A DNA stretch of 64,000 bases from an uncultured bacterium (lineage in GTDB: Bacteria > Chloroflexota > UBA5177 > JANWHV01), in contig CAWHAE010000014.1 in the NCBI GenBank assembly GCA_963827235.1, forward strand, positions 32,001-96,000, read 5' to 3'. Made by a program: the position numbers and the translations under genes. This document shows, one piece after another, positions 30,766-40,926 of the stretch; the first letter of the stretch is position 1; each line of letters starts with the position of its first letter. Below the pieces are notes generated by a model that worked only from the letters and a program-made list of their open reading frames with translations, was not told where the DNA came from and ran no database searches.

Positions 30766-31664
30766 CAGTGAGTGTGGCACGCTCGTTTCAGGAAGTGAAG
30801 CTCGACACGCCCGCCGTGGTTTCGATAGGAACGTTTGACGGGGTCCATAGGGGGCACCGTTACCTCCTGGAGCAAGCCCGCGATCGGGCCCACGAGCACG
30901 GACTGGCGCTTGTCGTGATCACCTTCGAGCCGTGCCCGGCCGTCGTGCTGCGATCCGATGTGGGTCGCTACCAGATCAGTACTTGGGAGCAGAAGCTGAG
31001 ACTGCTTGAGGACCTGAAGGCGAATCTCGTCGTGCTCCTTCCATTCACTACAGAGCTGTCCCGGCTTACTGCTGACGAATTCCTAGATAGAATCGAAGAG
31101 CGGCTCGACGTCACCGAGCTGTGGTTCGGCGAGGACTTCCGGTTTGGCCATGCCAGGGGCGGCGATCTGGCAATGCTGGTAGAGCGCAGCCGAACGTCGA
31201 AGTTCTCTCTCCATGTGGTTAGCCGGCGAATGGAGGGTAAGGAAAGCATTTCCAGTTCGCGCGTGCGGAGGGTGATTGCCGGCGGCGACGTCGAGGGGGC
31301 ACTTCCCTTGCTCGGATATCCCTTCAGACTGGCGTGCACAAGCGTAGCAGACTGCACAAGTCCCGGAAGCGGCAGCAGTGTGCCGTACTCCGTGTCTCCG
31401 TTCCAGCTTCTTCCCGCGGATGGCGCCTACGCGGTGCTCGCCTCTACAGGCGCTCGCACAACCGCGGTCGTGGTGGGCTCAGGTACGGACGCGCAGGTGG
31501 CCCTAAAGGGCGCAGCGGCGCAATCCTCGCTTGAGCTGGAATTCATAGCCGGGCTGGCGACGCCTGGAGACTATGCCGCCGATCCGGAGGTCTGGGACGC
31601 GAGGGGTCGGGGATTACTGGCAGAATGGCAGCGCCCAATATACGCGCCGATCAGCGACTACTGA
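30762..31664 (+). CDS. ribF: FAD synthetase family protein with degenerate riboflavin-kinase domain
   Basis: IGTFDGVHRGH, GEDFRFG, ISSSRVR present; GFPTAN kinase motif absent. Confidence 0.8.
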   Translation: MTVSVARSFQEVKLDTPAVVSIGTFDGVHRGHRYLLEQARDRAHEHGLALVVITFEPCPAVVLRSDVGRYQISTWEQKLRLLEDLKANLVVLLPFTTELSRLTADEFLDRIEERLDVTELWFGEDFRFGHARGGDLAMLVERSRTSKFSLHVVSRRMEGKESISSSRVRRVIAGGDVEGALPLLGYPFRLACTSVADCTSPGSGSSVPYSVSPFQLLPADGAYAVLASTGARTTAVVVGSGTDAQVALKGAAAQSSLELEFIAGLATPGDYAADPEVWDARGRGLLAEWQRPIYAPISDY

Positions 31665-31757
31665 GTAGTCCCATTGGCGCGATTCAGCTTGCCGGCCGCA
31701 CGGAGCTACTTGCCGGCGACAGAGCGCCTTCGCGCCCCCGATATCAGGAGATCCCAG

Positions 31758-31994
31758 TCAGTGGCAGCCGCACGAGCCGCACGAACCGCCGCTGCAACCG
31801 GCGCAGCCTCCGGACGTGCTTGCCGATTGGTCGCCTTCGTCGGCGCCGCCGACACTGGCAAATGTGGAAACCAGCTTTCGCACCTGCGGGCTGTGGCAGT
31901 GCCTGCAGACTACCGAGTCCGACATCGCGCGTTGCTGCACGAACAACTCGAATCGCCTGGAACAATCAGCGCACTTATACTCGTAGATAGGCAT
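31758..31994 (-). CDS. FmdB-family zinc-ribbon protein
   Basis: MPIYEYKCADC...CRHC; Cys/Gly-rich tail. Confidence 0.88.
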   Translation of the reverse strand: MPIYEYKCADCSRRFELFVQQRAMSDSVVCRHCHSPQVRKLVSTFASVGGADEGDQSASTSGGCAGCSGGSCGSCGCH

Positions 31995-32176
31995 GAATTC
32001 CTCCAGCTACACGAACTGCGGCCCTTGCCGCGAGGGTTCAGCCTGCAGCTCGATTCCCGTCCCAGATCACACAAACAGATGCGGGCCCGGCAACTCACGT
32101 CGGCACCGGGCCAACTGAATTGGTGTTGACAATGGTAACAACTTCCTGGACCGCAGCCAATGGCGAAGAGCCGGCG

Positions 32177-32956
32177 ATGCCTGATGCAGCTGAACGCGTG
32201 CAGGCCATGGAAACGCTCCTGGGCATAGTGTTCAACGATCGACGACTTCTGCTTCAGTCGCTGCTGCACCGCTCGGCGATACTGGAGCGGCAGAGAGACC
32301 ACGCTGTCCTGCCCAATATGGAGTCCAACGAGCGCCTGGAGTTTCTCGGCGACGCGGTGCTCAGCATGTTGGTAGCCGAGTACGCGTATACGAACTTTCG
32401 CGGGTACGACGAGGGACGACTGACCGAGGTGCGGGCAGCCCTCGTCAGGCGTTCGACGCTGTCCATTCTTGCCGAGGAGCTCGGCATGGCAGATCTACTG
32501 TACGTGGGTCGCTCGGAACGGCGACCCGGTACGAGGGGACGGATGACCGTCCTGGCCGAGGCTTTGGAAGCCGTTGTGGCGGCAGTGTTTCTCGACCAAG
32601 GGCTGGAAACCGCTCGGCGGTTCGTTGTCACTCTGCTCGAGGGAAGGATACCCTACCTCTTGCAGCGCGCCGGTTCGCTCAACCCCAAATCGCGCTTGCA
32701 GGAGCTGGCGCAGTCGACATTGCATCAGCTTCCCACGTATGCGTTGCTCGGCAGATCGGGCCCTGCACACGACAGCCGGTTTACGGTGGAGGCGAGCGTT
32801 GGCGGCTACCACGCAACCGGGCACGGGACGTCCAAGCAAGAGGCGGAACAGCAGGCGGCGCAGATGCTGCTCGAGCAAATTGCAGCGCTGCTGCACGGCT
32901 CCGAGGATCCTTGCAAGTCCGACGACCGTCAGCTGGAGCAGCCGGATGGCAGATAG
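32177..32956 (+). CDS. rnc: Ribonuclease III
   Basis: NERLEFLGDAVL, dsRBD NPKSRLQE...GPAH...SKQEAEQQAA. Confidence 0.95.
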   Translation: MPDAAERVQAMETLLGIVFNDRRLLLQSLLHRSAILERQRDHAVLPNMESNERLEFLGDAVLSMLVAEYAYTNFRGYDEGRLTEVRAALVRRSTLSILAEELGMADLLYVGRSERRPGTRGRMTVLAEALEAVVAAVFLDQGLETARRFVVTLLEGRIPYLLQRAGSLNPKSRLQELAQSTLHQLPTYALLGRSGPAHDSRFTVEASVGGYHATGHGTSKQEAEQQAAQMLLEQIAALLHGSEDPCKSDDRQLEQPDGR

Positions 32957-34133
32957 GCGACCACGGCGGGACGATGCATGGCAGAGCGATGGGCCGCGGC
33001 AGCTGGCTTTGTTCGACCTACCCGAGACCAGCAAACATGAGCGCGCGGGTACCGGACATCTAGCCACCGATCATGGCTCGCAGGCAGCGCCTGGGGCCGA
33101 AATCGCGTCTCTCCAGGCCATAGACGAGAAGCCCACGGACGAGCGACCCGCCAGGAGCGGCGATCTGGCTCTGGCGGAAGCCAAGGGTGCCACAATCGCC
33201 CTGCGGCCGCTCGTCACGACGCTGCGCGCGGCGATCGAGGAGTACAAGCAGTACCTGGCGGCAATGAACCGCTCCAAACACACTCGCGAGAGCTTTGCCC
33301 TCGATCTCAGACTGCTGCTGGAGCATCTGGGCAACGCACCACTGCAGAACATCGGCGAGCGTGAGTTGCGCTCGTTCATCAGTTGGGTGAGCGTGCAGCG
33401 CGGCAATAGCGCCACATCCGTGCGCAGGAAAGTGGCAACGCTCAAGAGCTTCTTCGCTTACTTGCACCGCGAGCGCGCCATTGCCATGGATCCCGCGGCA
33501 ACGCTGATCTACCCGGAGATCTACCCGGCGCTACCCGAGTTTCTCGAGGATCAGCAAGTCGAGGACCTGCTGGCTGCGGCCGAGGAGCACCAGTTCTGGA
33601 ACGCGCTCGTGATGCTGATGCTGGCCACCGGCCTGAAGCGCGATGAGGTAGTGGCCCTGGGCCGCTCGGACGTCGTGCTGGCGCCTACCGGTGGTGAGTC
33701 GTATCTGGTGGTTCGGGAGACCGAGCAAGCGAAGCGGCTGCGGTCGCGTCGCCTGGATCTCGATGGCGAATTGGTCGACGTGCTGGCAGGCTACCTTGCT
33801 GCGCAGCCGGTCCGCGAACGGTTCTTTGACGTTTCAGCCCGCGGCGTCAACTTCATCGTCGAGACCTGCGGGCGGCGGGCGCACATCGCCGCCAAGGCCA
33901 ACAAGCTCACGCCCCAGATCCTGCGCTCCACCTTCGCCGTGCGAGCCATGCGCGCGATGATAACGGCTGAGGATGCACAGCGTATGGCTGGCGTATCTGA
34001 GATCACGGTGGCCGGTGTGGCGGAGCAGCACGATCTTCAGCTACTGAGGCTGCTCGGATTACACGAAGAACCGGAGTCGGCCAAGAAGTACCGCAAGCTC
34101 GTGCGAGGCTGGTCGGCGCACACCAGGCAGTAG
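32946..34133 (+). CDS. Xer-like tyrosine recombinase homolog with substituted catalytic residues
   Basis: Core-binding domain (TSVRRKVATLKSFFAYL, LPEFL); TGLK, QILRS and LGL instead of TGLR, HxLRH and LGH. Confidence 0.8.
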   Translation: MADRRPRRDDAWQSDGPRQLALFDLPETSKHERAGTGHLATDHGSQAAPGAEIASLQAIDEKPTDERPARSGDLALAEAKGATIALRPLVTTLRAAIEEYKQYLAAMNRSKHTRESFALDLRLLLEHLGNAPLQNIGERELRSFISWVSVQRGNSATSVRRKVATLKSFFAYLHRERAIAMDPAATLIYPEIYPALPEFLEDQQVEDLLAAAEEHQFWNALVMLMLATGLKRDEVVALGRSDVVLAPTGGESYLVVRETEQAKRLRSRRLDLDGELVDVLAGYLAAQPVRERFFDVSARGVNFIVETCGRRAHIAAKANKLTPQILRSTFAVRAMRAMITAEDAQRMAGVSEITVAGVAEQHDLQLLRLLGLHEEPESAKKYRKLVRGWSAHTRQ

Positions 34134-34177
34134 CGGACGCTACGCCAGGGGGCTGAGTGCGGGTTATATGCGCCGGC

Positions 34178-35361
34178 TTAACCGAGTTCGATGATCGCGT
34201 CGAGTATCGCCTCGGCCACCTGCCGCTTGCTAGCCATGGGAACCTCTCGCGGCTCGAGGCCCGGCCGGCATAGCCAAACGTGATTGGTGTCATGATCAAA
34301 GCCGGCTCCGGGCTCGCAGACATCGTTGGCTACAAGTAGGTCGGCACCCTTTTGATCCATTTTTGCACCGGCCCGGTGTAATAAGTTCTCAGTCTCTGCC
34401 GCGAACGCCACCACGCGGAGCCCGTTTGGCCTGCTGATTGAGCCCAGCACGTCGACAGTGGGGACGAGCGACAGCGTAAGCTCATGGGGAGCTCGCCTAA
34501 TTTTGCTGGGGGAGGGTTCTGCAGATTTGTAATCGGCCACCGCCGCGGCCATGATCAGGACGGAGTTCACTCTGATATATTTTTGCACCCCAGCAAAAAG
34601 ATCTTCGGCCGTTCTGACGCGAACTACAACGACGCCGGGAGGCGGCGTCAGCGCAACCGGTCCGCTGATAAGCGTGACGTCTGCTCCGCGCTGCACTGCG
34701 GCCGCCGCGATCGCGTAGCCCATCTTGCCGGAGCTGCGATTGGACAGGAAGCGTACCGGATCGATCGCTTCTTGCGTCGGGCCGGCCGTGACCACGAAGT
34801 GCCGCCCCGCCAGATCCTGCCGGCTCCGCGCGAGAGCGAGAATAATGGACACGATTTCCGATGTCTCCGCCAGGCGCCCTTCGCCGGTCGTTCCTTCCGC
34901 GAGATAACCGCTTCCGGCCCGACGACGTGCGCGCCTCTCTCGCGGAGCAGTGAAACGTTCTGCCGCGTGGCGGCGTTGGTCCACATGGACGTGTTCATCG
35001 CCGGCGCCAGCAATAGAGGTGCGGACGAAGCCAGCAACGTAGCCGTCAGCGCGTCGTCCGCAATGCCCAGCGCGCACTTGGCGATCACGTTTGCCGTGGC
35101 GGGCACGACGGCCACGACGGCGGCACCGTGCGCCAGGCGAATATGAGAGATGTCCATGTCCGACTGCTCTTCCCAGAGGCTGGTTAGCACGCGATGGTGC
35201 GTGATGCTCTCGAATGAGAGCGGCGCCACGAAGCGCGTGGCGTTCTCGGTCATGATCGTGCGCACCGACAGACCGCTCTGTACCAACTTGCTGGCGACGT
35301 CCAGCGCCTTGTAGACCGCGATGCTGCCCGTGACTCCAAGGACGACCGTGCTATCGTCCAT
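34178..35361 (-). CDS. coaBC: Bifunctional CoaBC (apparent -1 indel at ~34912)
   Basis: GVTGSIAVYK, APAMNTSM, TAGPTQEAIDPVRFLSNRSSGKMG, FAAET. Confidence 0.93.
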
Positions 35362-35967
35362 CTCAACTCCCCCGCGATTAACCCCAGATCACAGATCCAC
35401 GTGCATTGCGTCCTGGCCAGGCGCATGGGCCTGCCCAGGAGCAGCACCAGCCGGAAACCGAGGTGGCCTACGAGCACCTCCGGCAAACTGTCGCACTGAT
35501 ATGTTGCGCCGGCACTGCTGTCGGCGCGCCGGCCGTTGCTCCGCCCGGCCGCGGGCGGCCGGGGCCCTTGGTACCTGCCTCTGGGACCCCTAGCGAGGCA
35601 GACGTGCCGCACGCTGCGTGCTGAGCCGACCGCATAAACTTACGGCAGCCAACAGGGCCAGTGTACCGTGTGCACCTTGCCTGGGGAGTGCCACGGAGAT
35701 CGGGCGAGCCCTGAAAGAGGGTCGCAGCGGTCTGGCGGTCCGGAGCCCCACGAAGCCATGCCGGCATGTCCCGTGGTGGCAGGCGTAGCTGCCGCCGTGG
35801 GCTTGCCCGCTGGAGGCGCCGGACCTGGCGCCGTGTGCACGAGATGTCGTCCCTGTCGTCCCTGCCGGCTGGTCGGAATGCCTGCCGTCCCCTATACTCT
35901 ATATGCTGCGGTGCCGGAGACGTACGAATCCAGAAGGCACGCAGATCCGTAGTAAGGAGAGCGGAGG

Positions 35968-36240
35968 GTGGCTGCCAAGCGCGATGGCGAAATCCAATAC
36001 CCCAGCTCGAAGCTGGTCAAGAACCTGAATGTCTTGTCCGCGGGCCTGGGCATCGCCAGTATCGTGCTCGATGCCGTAGTTCCCGTGGTGCAGCAGGTCG
36101 GCAAGAAGAAGCAGGCCAAGGAAGGTCTCGAGCGTGCGATCTCGCTCATGATCTTCTTCACCGCCATCCGCACCGTGCCGCGCTTGATTCGTGAGATCCG
36201 CAGGCTACGGGCACAGATCGGCACTCCCGTCACTGGCTAG
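35968..36240 (+). CDS. Small hypothetical membrane-associated protein (90 aa)
   Basis: Strong RBS (AAGGAG..GGAGG), two hydrophobic/amphipathic segments, TATACT upstream. Confidence 0.65.
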   Translation: MAAKRDGEIQYPSSKLVKNLNVLSAGLGIASIVLDAVVPVVQQVGKKKQAKEGLERAISLMIFFTAIRTVPRLIREIRRLRAQIGTPVTG

Positions 36241-36318
36241 CGGCCGCGACCGGGATTGAGCGTTGTGGGACCTGGTGTCGCCATGCGCGCCAGAATACAC
36301 AGAGAGTAGGTCAATAGA

Positions 36319-36531
36319 ATGAAGCAAGGAATCCACCCCACGTATTACCACGACTGCAGGGTTACCTGTGCTTGCGGCAATACGTTTCTCACCGGCTCGA
36401 CGGCCAAGAGTGTGCGAGTCGACGTTTGCGCGAAGTGCCACCCCTTCTACACCGGCCAGCAGCGCATCATCGACACGGGCGGTCAGGTGGAGCGGTTCCT
36501 GAAGCGCCAACGGCGAACCGAGGGTGCCTAG
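36319..36531 (+). CDS. rpmE: 50S ribosomal protein L31 (zinc-binding type)
   Basis: [21 protein letters not shown]. Confidence 0.97.
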   Translation: MKQGIHPTYYHDCRVTCACGNTFLTGSTAKSVRVDVCAKCHPFYTGQQRIIDTGGQVERFLKRQRRTEGA

Positions 36532-36681
36532 GGTCACGAACACAGCGACCGGATGGCCGGCGCTGTAGACAAGCACTGCTGTAGGGGCGTGTGGCAGGCG
36601 AGAACGCGGCGCCATCGTGCCCACCGCCTGTCATCCCCCGGCAGTGACACATGCTGGGTGACCAGGCGGGAGAGCAAGCTG

Positions 36682-37572
36682 ATGGCTACACACTACGGTG
36701 GTCAGGCACTGATCGAAGGCGTCTTGATACGCGGCCATTCAGGCGTTTTCGCCGCCGTCCGCGCGCCGGACGGCCGGATCATCACGCGCGAACTGCGACT
36801 GGACGCCGCCCAGCACAAGGGTTTGCGGCGTGTCCCGGTTGTGCGCGGGCTGCTGGCCTTGGGCGACACTCTGTCGTTCGGCTCGCAGATGCTGCTGTTT
36901 TCAGCGGACGTGGCGGCGGGCGGCTCGGGTGAGGAGCTGAGTCCGGGCGGCAAACGTGCCACGGTTGGTGCGGCGGCTGTGGCCGCGGCACTGTTCGCCA
37001 TCGCTCCGGCGATAGTGTCGGTGCGCCTGAAGCCGGCACGCCCCGGGGACAAGAAACCGCGCTCCAGTGTCGCCGACCACCTGGCGGAGAGCGCCACTCG
37101 CGCGGGCATATTCCTGGCCTATCTGACGGCCGTGGGTCGCTTCAAAGATGTTCAGCGCGTATTTGCCTATCATGGTGCGGAGCACAAATCGATCAGCGCT
37201 TTGGAGGCAGGGGCAGAGCTCGTACCAGCGTCGGTTCAATCGTTCGACACGGCACATCCTCGATGCGGCACCGCGTTTCTCTTCCAGTCAATCCTGACTT
37301 CCAGCATCGTCTACGGGCTGGTCGGTGACCGGACGCCTCTGGGAAGAATCGGCACCCGCGTTGCCTTGGTCCCGGCAGTCGCGGGCATCAGCTTCGAGGT
37401 GTTGCAGTTCAATGCACAGCACCTTGACTCAGTGGTCGTAAAGCTGCTCAACGTACCGGGAATGCTGCTCCAGCGTCTTACCACGCGCCAGCCGAGCGAC
37501 GATCAGGTAGAGGTGGCGCTGGAGGCCCTGCGCGGGGCCATGGCGATGGATGAACACGCTGGACAAGAGTGA
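36682..37572 (+). CDS. DUF1385 domain protein
   Basis: YGGQALIEGV, YHGAEHK, HPRCGT, LQRLTTRQP; usual rpmE-prfA context. Confidence 0.92.
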   Translation: MATHYGGQALIEGVLIRGHSGVFAAVRAPDGRIITRELRLDAAQHKGLRRVPVVRGLLALGDTLSFGSQMLLFSADVAAGGSGEELSPGGKRATVGAAAVAAALFAIAPAIVSVRLKPARPGDKKPRSSVADHLAESATRAGIFLAYLTAVGRFKDVQRVFAYHGAEHKSISALEAGAELVPASVQSFDTAHPRCGTAFLFQSILTSSIVYGLVGDRTPLGRIGTRVALVPAVAGISFEVLQFNAQHLDSVVVKLLNVPGMLLQRLTTRQPSDDQVEVALEALRGAMAMDEHAGQE

Positions 37573-37575
37573 CAG

Positions 37576-38661
37576 ATGACCGGAGACATCATCGCAGAAC
37601 GATTGGAAGCGTTCAAGCGGCGCCACGACGAGCTCAACGTCAAGCTCTCGGACCCGAAGGTCTTTTCGGACAGCGGGTTGCTCTCATCTTATGGCCGCGA
37701 ACAGGCTGAGATCGCTCCATACGCCGAGCTTTTCTCGAAGCTGGAGGCGATCGACGGCGACATCGCGCTGTACGATGAGCTGGCGGGCTCGGGGCTGGAG
37801 GGCGCCGACCTTGACGATGCTCATGGAGAAGCGCGCCGCCTGCGTGCCGAGCGAGCAGACCTGCTTGAGCGAGCCCGGCTCATGCTGCTGCCCAGGGACC
37901 CGAACGACGACAAGAATGTGATTGTCGAGGTGCGTGCCGGCACGGGTGGCGAGGAAGCGGCGCTCTTCGCGCTCGAGCTGTTCCGCATGTACAATCGCTA
38001 CGCCGAGCGGAAGGGTTGGTCAGTCGATCTGGTCAGCCTCTCTGAAAGCGGCGCCGGAGGTACCAAGGAGGCGGTGTTCGAGATCTCCGGCCGCGGGGCA
38101 TACAGCAGGCTCAAGTACGAGAGCGGCGGACACCGGGTGCAGCGAGTGCCTGTGACGGAGTCCGGGGGGCGGCTTCACACCTCCATGGCCACGGTCGCCG
38201 TGCTACCCGAGGTCGCGGACGTGGACGTGGAGATCAATGAGTCCGACCTGCGTATCGACGTCTACCGCTCCACCGGCCACGGCGGCCAGAGCGTGAACAC
38301 GACCGACTCCGCGGTTCGCATCACCCATGTGCCCACCGGCCTCGTAGTGACCTGCCAGGACGAAAAGTCGCAACTCAAGAACCGGATCAAGGCCATGGCG
38401 GTTCTGCGCGCGCGCCTCTACGACATCGAGCAGCGCAAGCGCAGCCAGGCCCTGAGCGAGCATCGTAAGACCCTGATAGGCAGCGGCGACCGAAACGAGC
38501 GCGTGCGTACCTACAACTTCCCTCAGGACCGGTTGACCGACGAGAGGCTGGACAGCAACTTCCACAATTTGCCGCTGATCATGGACGGCGACCTCGATGA
38601 GTTGCTCGACGCGCTCGCCGCGGTCGATCGCGATGAGCTGCTCGCGGCGAGCTTGTCCTGA
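37576..38661 (+). CDS. prfA: Peptide chain release factor 1
   Basis: PVT recognition motif, GGQ motif, RTYNFPQ. Confidence 0.97.
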   Translation: MTGDIIAERLEAFKRRHDELNVKLSDPKVFSDSGLLSSYGREQAEIAPYAELFSKLEAIDGDIALYDELAGSGLEGADLDDAHGEARRLRAERADLLERARLMLLPRDPNDDKNVIVEVRAGTGGEEAALFALELFRMYNRYAERKGWSVDLVSLSESGAGGTKEAVFEISGRGAYSRLKYESGGHRVQRVPVTESGGRLHTSMATVAVLPEVADVDVEINESDLRIDVYRSTGHGGQSVNTTDSAVRITHVPTGLVVTCQDEKSQLKNRIKAMAVLRARLYDIEQRKRSQALSEHRKTLIGSGDRNERVRTYNFPQDRLTDERLDSNFHNLPLIMDGDLDELLDALAAVDRDELLAASLS

Positions 38662-38684
38662 CGGCCAGAGCAGACCAGCCTGCG

Positions 38685-39590
38685 ATGGATCACCTGGCTC
38701 AGCCCGCCGGCCCACGGGGCAATCCGGTGGCACCGCCAAGAGCGGGACAGGTGATGGCCCGCGCAAGAGCCATGCTCCGGGAACGCGGCGTGCCCGAGCC
38801 CGGGCTGGAGGCTGCAATTCTCCTTGCCGGCATCCTGCGGCGCTCGCGCGCCTGGCTGCTTGCGCATGCCGACGAGCCGATCGCGAACGTTGAGCACACC
38901 CGCTATCTCGCATTCGTGGCGCGGCGTTGCCGGCGCGAGCCCACGGCCTACATTCTGGGTGAGAAGCAGTGGCTTGACATAACGATCATGGTGAATCGGA
39001 ACACCTTGATACCCCGTCCCGAGTCGGAGCTGCTGGCCGAAGAGGCAATGGCAGCTATGCTCGAACTCGATGGCGCTTTCGAGCGCGCACCGGCCGCGAT
39101 CGACGTGGGAACAGGTTCCGGTGCCCTGGCGATCGCCCTCGCACGGCGTGTTCCACTGGCGAAAGTGCTCGGCGTGGATACCTCGGACGGAGCGCTACGC
39201 CTGGCGCGGGCCAACGCGTTGCGCCTCGGCGCACCTGGCGTGCGTTTCGAGCGCGCCAGTCTGCTGGAGTCTGCGGCCGGGTCGCCGGACCTCGTAGTTG
39301 CCAACCTGCCATACGTGCCGTCCGGTGAGATCGAGGCGCTCGCACCCGAGCTTGCCTACGAGCCGCGGGGCGCACTCGACGGCGGAGCGGATGGCCTGGA
39401 TCTGATTCGCGCTCTCGTGCGTCAGGCGCGCGGGCTGCTCCGCGTGCCCTCGTATGTCCTGCTCGAGTGCGGACACGGCCAGGCTCGTGAGGTCGCACGG
39501 ACTCTACGCGAACACTGGCCGGATGCCCTGATCCGGGTACGGGCAGACCTGGCCGGCATCGATCGCGTCGTAGCTGCCCGATTGGACTGA
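38685..39590 (+). CDS. prmC: Release factor glutamine methyltransferase
   Basis: EPTAYILG, LIPRPE, DVGTGSG, NLPY, ALDGG. Confidence 0.95.
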   Translation: MDHLAQPAGPRGNPVAPPRAGQVMARARAMLRERGVPEPGLEAAILLAGILRRSRAWLLAHADEPIANVEHTRYLAFVARRCRREPTAYILGEKQWLDITIMVNRNTLIPRPESELLAEEAMAAMLELDGAFERAPAAIDVGTGSGALAIALARRVPLAKVLGVDTSDGALRLARANALRLGAPGVRFERASLLESAAGSPDLVVANLPYVPSGEIEALAPELAYEPRGALDGGADGLDLIRALVRQARGLLRVPSYVLLECGHGQAREVARTLREHWPDALIRVRADLAGIDRVVAARLD

Positions 39591-39716
39591 CCACACTCGT
39601 CCGCATCGCCGGTGAGCCGACCGACGGATCGAACCCAAGGCGATGCCACCACAGTGAAGGCTCGCCCAGGTCCTTGAGGGCAGCTTTTCAGCAAACCAGC
39701 CCGGCGACGAACGTCG

Positions 39717-40691
39717 CTAGCCGGCGCGACGGCTCGTCACCAGCGCGTAGAGCACAGCCTGCCCAGTGGGCAGCCGATTGGCGGCCTGCTGGAAGACCAC
39801 GGACTGCGGTCCGTCAATCACCTCGCTAGCCACTTCCTCGGCGCGGTTTGCGGGCAGACAGTGCATGAACACCGAGTGCGCGCTGGCATGGCTCATCAGC
39901 TCCGCGTCCACCCGATACCGGGTGAAGACCTTGGCGCGGGCCGGGCGCTCGTGGTCCGCATTGCCCATGGAGACCCAGAGATCCGTGTAGACCGCGTCGG
40001 CGCCCGTGACCGCTTCATAGGGGTCGACTGTGAGCATGAGGTGGCCACCGCTCTCCTCGTTCTTTGCCTTGGCCCAGGCGATAACCTGGGGCTGCGGCTC
40101 GTAGCTGGGAGGCGCGGCAACTACCATGTCCATCCCAACCAGCGCAGCCGCCTCGATCAGGCTGTGGGTCACGTTGTTGTTGCCGTCGCCCACGTAGGCG
40201 AGGCGAAGACCGGCCACGCTGCCGTAGTGCTCTTTCAGCGTGAGCAGATCGGCCAGACTCTGGCATGGGTGGTGCTCATCCGTCAGCGTATTGATTACCG
40301 GGATGCTCGCCGCGTTCGCCAGTCGTTCCACGTCTTCATGGGCGAACGTGCGAATACAACAGGCCGTCGCGTAGGCGCTGATCACGCGGGCCGTGTCTTC
40401 TATTGTCTCTCCCTTGCCAAGCTGCAGCTCGGTTGGGCGCACGGTAATCGGATGCCCGCCCAGCCGGGTGACCGCGGTCTCCATGGAGATGCGCGTGCGC
40501 GTGGACGGCTTGTCGAAGAAGAGCACGACCGTGCTGCCGGCAAGCGCGTCGCGGTGGGCCAACGGGTCCTGCTTATACGACGAAGCGAGATCGAGCAGGT
40601 AGTAGAGACCTTCCTTCGTCAGGTCCGCCGTCTGAAGCAAACTGGCCGGGACTGCCGGCAACGTTTGCGGCGCCAGTGTCGCTGTGCTCAT
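39717..40691 (-). CDS. argF: Ornithine carbamoyltransferase
   Basis: PSTRTR, HPCQ, WVSMG, HCLP; AAAGGAG RBS. Confidence 0.93.
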   Translation of the reverse strand: MSTATLAPQTLPAVPASLLQTADLTKEGLYYLLDLASSYKQDPLAHRDALAGSTVVLFFDKPSTRTRISMETAVTRLGGHPITVRPTELQLGKGETIEDTARVISAYATACCIRTFAHEDVERLANAASIPVINTLTDEHHPCQSLADLLTLKEHYGSVAGLRLAYVGDGNNNVTHSLIEAAALVGMDMVVAAPPSYEPQPQVIAWAKAKNEESGGHLMLTVDPYEAVTGADAVYTDLWVSMGNADHERPARAKVFTRYRVDAELMSHASAHSVFMHCLPANRAEEVASEVIDGPQSVVFQQAANRLPTGQAVLYALVTSRRAG

Positions 40692-40828
40692 AGTTCTCTC
40701 CTTTGAATGCTCGTGCCGGCGCACCGCGTTGTGCCCTGCCGGCGGCGCAGATGCCGGTGGTGGCGCTCCGAGTGGCGTGCGCTTTGCGGGCCGCGCGCTC
40801 GCCCGCGTGGCAAGGAAGCTCATGATTA

Positions 40829-40859
40829 TGCATTATACTGCAACTACATGCGAGATCAA
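40829..40859 (-). promoter_or_regulatory. argF promoter with overlapping ARG-box-like site
   Basis: TTGATC-16-TATAAT on minus strand; TGCATTATACTGCA at 40829-40842 covers the -10. Confidence 0.6.
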
Positions 40860-40926
40860 GACATCAGCCATCAGCCCATCAGCCTTAGCTACCGTGCTGG
40901 GGGACGCGCCGTCTTTAGGTGTTCGC

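Noticed and set aside
35700-35775. c-di-GMP-I riboswitch-like GAAA hairpin
   Set aside because: Lacks GGCAAA/ACGCAAA and the tetraloop-receptor stem
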